64,000 nt of DNA from an uncultured Christensenellaceae bacterium (GTDB lineage: Bacteria > Bacillota > Clostridia > Christensenellales > UBA3700), in NCBI GenBank assembly GCA_944381365.1, contig CALWKW010000002.1, positions 257,952 to 321,951 on the forward strand. The letters run 5' to 3'. Positions 18,329 to 25,872 of this stretch are shown piece after piece. The position numbers and the translations under genes were made by a program. Below the pieces are notes generated by a model. That model was given only the letters and a program-made list of their open reading frames with translations, ran no database searches and was not told the origin of the DNA. The stretch's first letter is position 1. The number at the start of each line of letters is the position of its first letter.

Positions 18329-18520
18329 TTAGTCATCAAACTGAATACCATTTTGTGCACAAAATTCATAAAACTTACGTTGCAATGCATAAGTAGGCTT
18401 TCGGACACCAAGCTCCCAACGATTTAATGAAGAGTGAGCTACACCAATCGCATCAGCAAATTCTTTTTGACTCATATGTATAGTCTCGCGTGCGCACTTG
18501 ACTTTGTCTTTAAATTCCAT
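18329..18520 (-). CDS. XRE-family helix-turn-helix regulator (C-protein-like controller of the MTase operon)
   Basis: 63 aa. 'MSQKEFADAIGVAHSSLNRWELGVRKPT' is a classic HTH_3. First gene of the operon, behind a strong promoter. Confidence 0.8.
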   Translation of the reverse strand: MEFKDKVKCARETIHMSQKEFADAIGVAHSSLNRWELGVRKPTYALQRKFYEFCAQNGIQFDD

Positions 18521-18533
18521 AGTTTAACCTCAA

Positions 18534-18600
18534 TGCAAGGATATTGCAAACATTATAGCACTTTTTTCAAAAAAAATCAATACCTACAAGGATATATCGC
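18534..18600 (-). promoter_or_regulatory. SigmaA-type promoter with two flanking operator-like repeats for the XRE/MTase operon
   Basis: On the minus strand: TTGATT (18580-18575), 17-nt spacer, TGcTATAAT (-10 at 18557-18552). 'TGCAAGGATATTGCA' (18534-18548, 5-bp inverted arms) and 'ACAAGGATATATCGC' (18586-18600) share CAAGGATAT. Confidence 0.65.
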
Positions 18601-18667
18601 TTGACTATTATTATTTCGCACCAACAACATTTGCTCTCACTCTATTGATAGAATCTCAATTTGCAAC

Positions 18668-18835
18668 CGCGGCGTGTGCTTGTCTTGATACGAGAGCGGC
18701 GTCGCTCCGCTCCGCCGCGACAAGCACACGCCACGTAAACTTAACTCGACTGAAATACGGAAAAGCGGAGTGCTGACGGAAGCGGAGTCGCCCGCTGAAC
18801 CGCTTGGGCGATCTTCCGCTTTCACCGTCACACAT
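18668..18835. other. GC-rich hairpin plus iteron-like region (candidate rolling-circle origin or nick site for the adjacent HUH protein)
   Basis: 14-bp perfect inverted repeat GGCGTGTGCTTGTC (18671-18684) / GACAAGCACACGCC (18719-18732) with a 34-nt GC-rich loop. Direct repeats ACGGAA(AA)GCGGAGT at 18757-18771 and 18776-18788, plus an inverted partial copy CTTCCGCTT at 18813-18821. Lies directly 3' of the Rep gene. Confidence 0.45.
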
Positions 18836-18870
18836 TTTCCGTTTTTTGACCGTATTTTACCATTCGAAGT

Positions 18871-19920
18871 TCAGTTACATTTGCGCATTTGCTCGATGAC
18901 GGCTTTACTCACTTTGCCCATATAGCAGCCTTCGTCCCAGCACGAGAAATCGTCAAAAAGAAGCAGTTTCTTATCTTCAAGACCTATCGGACAGACGACA
19001 TCTTCGTCCATAATGTCCGAGATAAAGAATTGCGGCAATCCCTTAGAATAGACCATCTTTTCGCCTGTTTTCTCCATGTACTTTGTAAGATAAGCTATTG
19101 CTTCACCCAACATAGAACGATCGTCTACCGTTTTGAAATCGGATCTACCGAACCGTTTATTGAAATACGAGTTCTGTATTGTTGTCTGTACCTTCTTTTT
19201 GATAGGAGAATAGTCCTTGACTTCAACGAGTTCGCCCGGCATCGAGCCTTCGGGGATATAGAACAACCCGTGGAAATGCAGACGCTGTTTTTCGGGAGAG
19301 CGTTCCCATACGCCGACATACTTCCAATCTTTACGGTGGCACATCATTTTGAAACAGCCTTGAAGCTTCTTTTTGAAACTTTCTTCCGTGTGCTTTTCGC
19401 CGTCGTAGGTAAACGTGCAGAAATAGTTAAACTCCTGCAAATTAACCTTGCGGGTAAGCCTTACACGCCGACAAACAAGATTGCGTAATTTACGTTCAAA
19501 TTGCTCATTCACATACATTACCGTGCTTTTTTCGTCCTTAAAATACGGGTTCATGTTGTGAATGATAAATTTCTTCCTATCACTTCTGGTCTTTCCTGCA
19601 GTGGATTTATATAATTCCTCAAACAATTCCTTTCTTGTCATTGTCCTTACCTTCGGCTGTGATTCGGATTGCGGTTCAGACTCAGACTCTGACGATTCAA
19701 TATTTTTCTCAAGTGCAATAGGCGCATCGTCATTCTCCGACGGTGCGCTTTTAGTTGCCTTGCTATTTTCTTCTGTTTCGGTGGGCGGTTCGGCTTCTTT
19801 TTCCGTTACAACGATTTCTTCTTCCGGCGGTTTTTCCCGCCGCCTTGACGGCCTTGTCGTGTGCGGTATTCCTATGTAATGACTGCCGTCAAAGTAGATT
19901 TTACATTCGCCGTATGGCAT
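18871..19920 (-). CDS. HUH-superfamily rolling-circle replication initiator or relaxase-like protein
   Basis: Start at MPYGECKIY (ATG 19920 after GGAGG). Motif 1 'FCTFTYD', HUH motif 'LHFHGLFYI', Tyr motif 'AIAYLTKYMEK'. Acidic/Ser-rich linker near the N-terminus. Confidence 0.7.
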   Translation of the reverse strand: MPYGECKIYFDGSHYIGIPHTTRPSRRREKPPEEEIVVTEKEAEPPTETEENSKATKSAPSENDDAPIALEKNIESSESESEPQSESQPKVRTMTRKELFEELYKSTAGKTRSDRKKFIIHNMNPYFKDEKSTVMYVNEQFERKLRNLVCRRVRLTRKVNLQEFNYFCTFTYDGEKHTEESFKKKLQGCFKMMCHRKDWKYVGVWERSPEKQRLHFHGLFYIPEGSMPGELVEVKDYSPIKKKVQTTIQNSYFNKRFGRSDFKTVDDRSMLGEAIAYLTKYMEKTGEKMVYSKGLPQFFISDIMDEDVVCPIGLEDKKLLLFDDFSCWDEGCYMGKVSKAVIEQMRKCN

Positions 19921-19952
19921 AGATACCTCCTTTACAGGAGTACCGACCATCT

Positions 19953-22079
19953 TTACGCAGAACCCGTTTCGTCGGTATCCCTGTACAATGAATTGATAAA
20001 ATAACTGTTCTGCATTTTGAGCTCGTCAACGCTCGCTTTTTCGGTTACGTATTCGAGATAATCGCCGAGTCCGATATTTGTTTTCTTCGCCATATCGTTG
20101 AAATAATCGCTGAAACAGTCCGTCGAAAAACGGCGGCTGTAAATCTTCTTATTCATCAGATAATACTTCTTGTTTTCCGGCTTTCCGTCCATCGTGCCGC
20201 GCTCTTTTTCTATCTTCAAAACCGAATAGCCGAATCTGTTGAATATCCTTACGTTCCTGCGCCATATCCACGACGTTACGCATTTCAGCAAATGCACAAG
20301 CAACGTATTGTCGCCCCTGCGGAAACGGAAATCGTAGTACATGGCAATGAACCGGTTGAACGTCCATTCGCTTATCATTTCTTCTATCGTGTAGAACGGC
20401 AGCGCAAGTCTTTGCTCTCCCGATTGCACGATATGGATTATGTCGCACAGATCTCTTGCGTCGGCGCCCCAGCTTTCGGGCCGCTGTTCGTCCGTAAAGA
20501 CTTTGATGAACGGGAAATTATCCACCGTTGCCGAGTGACGGCACATTTTGAGCCACGCATTGAACAAGTCGTTTTTCTGATTTGTTTCTTCCGTTCCCTT
20601 CTTGACCTCTTTGAGCTCCAGATTATTGCCGCGCTCTTTGCCTATCTCCGAAATCGCCACAACGCCGAATTCAAAGCTGCCTGCCTTCGGGTTATTTTCT
20701 ATGACCTTTTTTCCGAGCCTTAACACATCGAAATCGAGGATATGCGCGTGCCTGCCTTCGGTAATCCCTTCGGGAAAAAAATCGGACGCCCAGATGGGAA
20801 AATTGCCTTCGCTTACAAGCTCGTTATCCTCTCGAATAGAATAGTTCGCCACGATAAGGCTGCTTTCGATAACATAGATGAAGTACGCCTGAGCGTATGT
20901 TTCCAACACTTCGAACAGAGTACTTACTTTCAGTCCGTCGTTAAAGGTCTGACCGTAACGGCAAATATCGTAGCCGTATAATTGCAGGTCCGTTCTGCCA
21001 TTCCTAAGGTAGCGATTTTCTTTCAGCTTTACCCATTCCTTGACCGTTGCAAGATTGTACACGGTGCCGTGTTCCATACAAAGCCTCAGTTCGTCCTCAA
21101 AAGCTATCCACGGGAACATAGGGAATTTCATATCGTTGTTTTTCAGAATGTCGTATGCCTTTTGTCGGAACATAACTTCCTGCGAGAGAGTCATATCCGT
21201 AATGAGCGTTGTCTTTTTCTTTCCCATACTTCCGCAAGAGATAGACACGATGGGTACTTCGTTGATAAACCCGCAATTACGGGCTTCGAAATGCCGCAGT
21301 CTGTTCAGGGCGATTGACTTTCTCCAACGGTTGAAGATGAGCCACGCTATCGTTGCAATACTCCACCACGGGAAGTGTCGGAAGATGACCTGCAAGTCGA
21401 TAAGTAGCTTGCACACCTGCGTATATATAGACGCGACGTCGAAGGACGCCGAAAAGTAAAAGTAATAGGCAAAGAATCCTAATACGATACTTACGAGATT
21501 GAGATGGAACGCCCACAGTACGAGCCAGCATATCCACAGCCAATTCGTGTGTTTCAGAAAATCGATATAGCCGAGTACGAACCGTTTTACAGGCTGATAT
21601 GTAGCACGAGATACCGATTTGAACACTTTAAGAGGCAGCGTATCTTTGTTGTGCTTCGTGTTTCCGCTTGCATAGAGCCGTTTCAACGCAAAGACAAATA
21701 CGAGCACGCAAGGGAGCGCAATCGCAATCACATTTGCCGCAACCGCCGATTTATCTCCGACCACCGACCAATAGCCGATGAAATTTTCCTTGTCTACAAA
21801 GAGTTCAAAAAACCGTGCCGCCGAAACCTTGAACGTATCAAAGTCCGAAGGGAGCAAGATATCCCACTTCATAACTTCCGACCAAGCATTTACGGCGGGA
21901 GCGGTATTGTGTGCGATGCCGAAGATCTCCGCGAAGTAAAACTTGATTGAATCTATCAGGTTGCCGCCTGCCTCGAACGCTCTGAGATAAGAAGACGAAA
22001 AGACGAAGAAGCCGAGAAGGACAAAGCCTACCGACACGATTGCCGAAAATATGATATTGACTGTTTTTCGTCTGTTCAT
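19953..22079 (-). CDS. Polytopic membrane protein with a C-terminal Zot/pI-like P-loop NTPase region
   Basis: 708 aa. The first ~260 aa contain several hydrophobic helices. These are followed by a deviant Walker A 'SCGSMGKKKTT', 'FGVVAISEIGKE', and 'WLKMCRHSATVDNFPFIKVFTDEQRPESWGADAR', which by eye parallels Ff pI 'LLVLDECG...FLHARKLGWDIIFLVQD...KQAR'. Confidence 0.45.
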   Translation of the reverse strand: MNRRKTVNIIFSAIVSVGFVLLGFFVFSSSYLRAFEAGGNLIDSIKFYFAEIFGIAHNTAPAVNAWSEVMKWDILLPSDFDTFKVSAARFFELFVDKENFIGYWSVVGDKSAVAANVIAIALPCVLVFVFALKRLYASGNTKHNKDTLPLKVFKSVSRATYQPVKRFVLGYIDFLKHTNWLWICWLVLWAFHLNLVSIVLGFFAYYFYFSASFDVASIYTQVCKLLIDLQVIFRHFPWWSIATIAWLIFNRWRKSIALNRLRHFEARNCGFINEVPIVSISCGSMGKKKTTLITDMTLSQEVMFRQKAYDILKNNDMKFPMFPWIAFEDELRLCMEHGTVYNLATVKEWVKLKENRYLRNGRTDLQLYGYDICRYGQTFNDGLKVSTLFEVLETYAQAYFIYVIESSLIVANYSIREDNELVSEGNFPIWASDFFPEGITEGRHAHILDFDVLRLGKKVIENNPKAGSFEFGVVAISEIGKERGNNLELKEVKKGTEETNQKNDLFNAWLKMCRHSATVDNFPFIKVFTDEQRPESWGADARDLCDIIHIVQSGEQRLALPFYTIEEMISEWTFNRFIAMYYDFRFRRGDNTLLVHLLKCVTSWIWRRNVRIFNRFGYSVLKIEKERGTMDGKPENKKYYLMNKKIYSRRFSTDCFSDYFNDMAKKTNIGLGDYLEYVTEKASVDELKMQNSYFINSLYRDTDETGSA

Positions 22080-22210
22080 AATACACCTCCTACCTGAGAG
22101 ATAATCGCTTGACCGTCGGTCAATCGGCTACCCGTATAGACGAGATAGCCGACGACCAAAACGGTCACGATTAAGAGGCATACGACAAGTATTCTCTTAA
22201 CCGTTTTCAT
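22076..22210 (-). CDS. Unannotated 44-aa single-TM protein, translationally coupled to the ATPase gene
   Basis: Hand translation: MKTVKRILVVCLLIVTVLVVGYLVYTGSRLTDGQAIISQVGGVL. Its TGA overlaps the ATG of 19953..22079 (ATGA). Below the ORF-track length cutoff. Confidence 0.55.
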   Translation of the reverse strand: MKTVKRILVVCLLIVTVLVVGYLVYTGSRLTDGQAIISQVGGVL

Positions 22211-22213
22211 TTG

Positions 22214-24229
22214 TTATTCCTCCTTTTTCTCACTTCGCTTTTTCTTTGCCTTGTCGATACTCTTGAACAGTGCGGCAATAGCCTTGAACGGCAACGAGAT
22301 AATCCAGAACAGTCCTTTAATGATCCACGGCAATACGGGGAACAGTAAGACTATCAAAAGGATAATCAGTAAGACCGCAAGCAGGATTTTCCACCACTCG
22401 GTATCGTCCGGCATCTGCACGGGCGGAGTAATCGAATTGACGATATCCATAGGACTTGAAACAACGGGTATGGCTTTGTACACACCGTCACGGTTAAAAG
22501 TGAGCTGAATAATGTCAAAATCCATAAACACGCTTTCCCATGCACGATACGCCTGTCCGCTCGTGTGTTTGTCGGGCAGAATGGTTCTCAGCTCCATAAT
22601 ATCGACCGCTGCGGAATAATAGTCGCTCGTCGCAAATCGGAACAGCACGACAACCTTTTCTTCATCGTCCTTGCCGCTTACCGTTACGGCGTCGTTGTAA
22701 TAGCTTTTCAGAGCGGGTACGTCCGCTGCGTTGATGAGCAGGCGTTCGGCAATTTCCTCGTCGCTTCCGTTCAGATCGCTTGCCTTGAGAGTATAAATGG
22801 GCGAAATCGTGCGGCTTTCTTCTTCCGGAATCTTACCGAATATCGTATCCCACAGCCCCCAGTTCAGCCAATTATCCCAGAACGATGGATTGCCTTCCTG
22901 CCAGCTCGTCAGCTTTTGCAAATCAACGTCCGCGTCAAAATCGTAATACGAATAGCCTTGCTGTATCTTGCCGAATTCCGTATCCATTTTGCGGTAATCG
23001 TCAATATCGTCGGCGAACAAGTCTGCGCTGATCGTTCCGTCTTTTATCGGCAACGTGCCTTTGTCGAAGGTCTTGTTGTAGTTCTTGATATACTCGTACA
23101 GGGCATTGCTTTCCACGCTGCCGATAGACACGATATCCGCATAGGGATCGTACTCCTCGATGTTGTTTACCTTGAACAGGTAATACAGCGTTTCGCAGGG
23201 GACGTGAAGATAATTCGTGCCGAGGTTCCAACCCCATTTTGCGACCATAACTCCGCCACCGCCGTCGCCTGCCTGTTGTCCGAGAGAAAGCACGGAATTG
23301 TAATAATCGTATCCGACGTGCTTGCCGACATAAGAGGACGCCTGATTGTAAAAATCCTGATTGCTCGTCACGACGATATCGTTGGTCTTGTACTCATACC
23401 ACTCAGCCTTGATGCGTTGCAGTCTGCCGTATGTATCGAAGAACCTCTGCGGAACGGCAAAATATACCGTGTCGAGCTGGTTCTGATAACCCGCGCCCTT
23501 AATGGAAGTCTTTGTACGGTAGAACGTGTGCTTGACGTCCAGCGTTATCGTTTCGAGGTATTCCACGGTACTTGTAAGCGTACTCTTAGCCGAAGCGTCG
23601 GGACCGTAGCCTTGCGAATAGCCCGTAAACCTAAATGTTCCGTTGACCGCATACTCGGTGGCGTTGTTGGCGCCGTATGTCATAAGCTCGATTCCGGAAA
23701 CGTCGTATCGGCGTTCGTTGCTGTTTACTCGGTCCGCAAAAGTCGTTCCGTTGATCTCTTTGTCAACCACCTTGAACTTGTAGAACAGGTTTTTATAGTT
23801 GCTGTCCTCGGACTTACTCAAAAACTGCAAGTCAAACTTCACATAGTCGTTTGGGTTGCCGTCTGCGTCATAAGAGGACGCCATTTGTATCTTATTGCTC
23901 TTGCTGCTCGTGGAGATGTTCAGACCTTTCGGATTGTAAACGTAGACGTACAACCCGTAGTTTCCACACATATTCGCTTTGTACGAATAGCAATACTCCA
24001 CGAAATTGATGATTTGTATATCTTTGCTTTCGTCGAAAGGATAGTCGTTGAGATCGAATGCCTCACCGCCGTCGGACGAAGATTTCAGATCGTCCAAAAC
24101 ATTGGTGGTATCGAAGTTCAACGCTTCCTCCGCATAAGCAATATTCGGCGCCGCCGTAGTGACGACGCCGAACAAAACCACGATGACAATAAGCAAAGAC
24201 AACGCTTTTACTTTAATTGCCGTGGTCAA
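22214..24229 (-). CDS. Large secreted protein with an N-terminal signal peptide and a C-terminal membrane anchor (function unknown)
   Basis: 671 aa. Signal 'LLIVIVVLFGVVTTAAPNIAYA/EE'. C-terminal hydrophobic 'WWKILLAVLLIILLIVLLFPVLPWIIKGLFWIISLPF' followed by a K/E-rich tail. 4-nt overlap with the upstream gene. Confidence 0.6.
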   Translation of the reverse strand: MTTAIKVKALSLLIVIVVLFGVVTTAAPNIAYAEEALNFDTTNVLDDLKSSSDGGEAFDLNDYPFDESKDIQIINFVEYCYSYKANMCGNYGLYVYVYNPKGLNISTSSKSNKIQMASSYDADGNPNDYVKFDLQFLSKSEDSNYKNLFYKFKVVDKEINGTTFADRVNSNERRYDVSGIELMTYGANNATEYAVNGTFRFTGYSQGYGPDASAKSTLTSTVEYLETITLDVKHTFYRTKTSIKGAGYQNQLDTVYFAVPQRFFDTYGRLQRIKAEWYEYKTNDIVVTSNQDFYNQASSYVGKHVGYDYYNSVLSLGQQAGDGGGGVMVAKWGWNLGTNYLHVPCETLYYLFKVNNIEEYDPYADIVSIGSVESNALYEYIKNYNKTFDKGTLPIKDGTISADLFADDIDDYRKMDTEFGKIQQGYSYYDFDADVDLQKLTSWQEGNPSFWDNWLNWGLWDTIFGKIPEEESRTISPIYTLKASDLNGSDEEIAERLLINAADVPALKSYYNDAVTVSGKDDEEKVVVLFRFATSDYYSAAVDIMELRTILPDKHTSGQAYRAWESVFMDFDIIQLTFNRDGVYKAIPVVSSPMDIVNSITPPVQMPDDTEWWKILLAVLLIILLIVLLFPVLPWIIKGLFWIISLPFKAIAALFKSIDKAKKKRSEKKEE

Positions 24230-24825
24230 AATACAATCACCTCCTGATCAAGTTCGACTCCTGCGACTTCTTCTATCACCGAGAAGTACAGCGTTACGCT
24301 GGATTCTCCGTTATAGGAAGTCACGATGAGCGAATACATATCGGTATAGCCTTTACCTTCGCATCCGCTGATCTCATTGTTGGGATAGACCGCCTGCAAC
24401 ACGTCGGTCACGGTACCTTTGGGGGTAAGCGTAAACGAGTTTTCTCCGTATTCGATATCGAAACCGGGCGTCAGATTTGTTTCCGCCTGAAACGAATAAA
24501 TTTGTCCGTCAAGCGAAAAATCAAAGTCCTTGCCGTCCACGACATGAGGTACAACCTTGACCGTATAGCCGCTGACGCCGCCTCCGGCTGAACCGAACGT
24601 ATATTTGACGTCAACATTTAACGGTTTTTCATTGGTTACCTCATAACCGCCTGCCGATGTAAGAACATCTTTACCGTCCACGGAGACGTAGAACGTCTTG
24701 AAACTGCTTGTAAAGCCACCCGTAAAACGAACGATTACGCCTATCACGCCCGCAAGAACCAAGACAACGAGAATATAGGCAATCACTTTTGCTACTGTTT
24801 TTCCTGTCTGTTTTGCGGAACTCAT
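24226..24825 (-). CDS. Membrane-anchored beta-rich protein (function unknown)
   Basis: 199 aa. N-terminal TM 'VIAYILVVLVLAGVIGVIV'. RBS GGAGGTG upstream. Confidence 0.55.
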   Translation of the reverse strand: MSSAKQTGKTVAKVIAYILVVLVLAGVIGVIVRFTGGFTSSFKTFYVSVDGKDVLTSAGGYEVTNEKPLNVDVKYTFGSAGGGVSGYTVKVVPHVVDGKDFDFSLDGQIYSFQAETNLTPGFDIEYGENSFTLTPKGTVTDVLQAVYPNNEISGCEGKGYTDMYSLIVTSYNGESSVTLYFSVIEEVAGVELDQEVIVF

Positions 24826-24840
24826 GGTTCACCTCCGTCA

Positions 24841-25857
24841 TCAGAATTTTAATGAACCCGATAAATTTACGCCGGTAACAACATTGTCATCAAAGCGCAA
24901 ATAAAATTTCTCGTACAAATTGGAGTTTTGTTCTATAACGGTTATTTCAAAATAAGCGTCTGAATCAACGGACTTTACCTTATCGTAATAATAAGTATTA
25001 CGCCCGCCGTCCAATCTCTGAGAATAACGATAATACCCTTCAATGGATTTCTTCGTTTCAACTACAAGACTGTTACCGGTCAAGTTCACGGATATAAGCT
25101 GATCTTTCAGTTCATTGACATTCGAAGTGTACTCATCGTGCCAGTCATCTCGAAGCGTCAAATTATTATGGTGCAACTCGCCCATAGTCAAATCGCCGTA
25201 TCCCACAACGAAAAATGAGTAATTGTTATACGATGAACCGACCTGATTAAAAGCGTTTTCGCATGCAACAGTAAACGTATAGGTAGTACCTACACCAAGC
25301 TTATACGAGGAACCAAGCGTATCATCGGACGTAGGAGAAATAGATCCGGAAAGCGAAATCGAACTCGGCAAGCCGACGAATTCAACAGAGCATTCGGCGC
25401 TATAGCCCCCTTCACGCGTAGTGCAGACAATCAAAATGACACCCGTAAAAGGTTTATGACAGGTTACCGTTGCTTCTGTGCTGCCGTCACCGGAAGGAGT
25501 TACGGTAATGTATTCCGACACGTCCGTTTCATTGCTTTCGTCGCCCCATTCGACAGACCAGTCAACAAGTTTGTTGGAGGCTGTTGCAGGAGTGACGGTA
25601 GCGGTAAGCGTTTTACTGACACTGCCGTTCTCCGAGTTCGCAACTGCCGCACTCATAGCGAGTTTTATGAACTCGGTATTCTGAATTTCGGCGGTAAAGT
25701 CATAAACCGGTGCTTGTTCCGCCGTTATTTCTCCGCTTGACGTTTCGGATGAATCTTTCGTTCCGCAAGCTACAAGTGTGACGGAAAGAATTGCTACAAG
25801 AACGACTGCGAGAATCGCAACCGCCCGTCTTTTCTTAGTTATAATGTTCGTATTCAT
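24841..25857 (-). CDS. Lipoprotein with a Big_2-like Ig domain (paralog of 25873..26943)
   Basis: 338 aa. Lipobox 'LVAC'. 'LTATVTPATASNKLVDWSVEW' is a Big_2-like signature. Shares 'VTVTP..DG...ATVTC..PF.G.IL' blocks with the neighbouring gene. Confidence 0.55.
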   Translation of the reverse strand: MNTNIITKKRRAVAILAVVLVAILSVTLVACGTKDSSETSSGEITAEQAPVYDFTAEIQNTEFIKLAMSAAVANSENGSVSKTLTATVTPATASNKLVDWSVEWGDESNETDVSEYITVTPSGDGSTEATVTCHKPFTGVILIVCTTREGGYSAECSVEFVGLPSSISLSGSISPTSDDTLGSSYKLGVGTTYTFTVACENAFNQVGSSYNNYSFFVVGYGDLTMGELHHNNLTLRDDWHDEYTSNVNELKDQLISVNLTGNSLVVETKKSIEGYYRYSQRLDGGRNTYYYDKVKSVDSDAYFEITVIEQNSNLYEKFYLRFDDNVVTGVNLSGSLKF

Positions 25858-25872
25858 GTTTTACCTCCTGTA

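Noticed and set aside
18637-18831. A 64-aa minus-strand ORF covering the GC-rich hairpin region.
   Set aside because: The sequence is dominated by inverted and direct repeats, and the ORF has no RBS. It is better explained as a structured DNA or RNA site (ori-like) than as a gene.
20292-21950. Several 80-150-aa plus-strand ORFs (20292..20723, 20982..21317, 21040..21459, 21504..21950). Similar antisense ORFs occur elsewhere (25942..26532, 8877..9284, 10629..11075, 34673..35188).
   Set aside because: All are antisense to, or out of frame within, longer ORFs that carry recognisable motifs, paralog support or operon coupling. Their composition is consistent with shadow frames.
22565-24247. A 560-aa open reading frame on the plus strand, one of the longest ORFs in the window.
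   Set aside because: It lies entirely antisense to 22214..24229, which has a signal peptide, a TM anchor, an RBS and translational coupling to its neighbours. The plus-strand product is an R/V/I-rich low-complexity sequence with no RBS context. This is the typical shadow ORF of a higher-GC gene.
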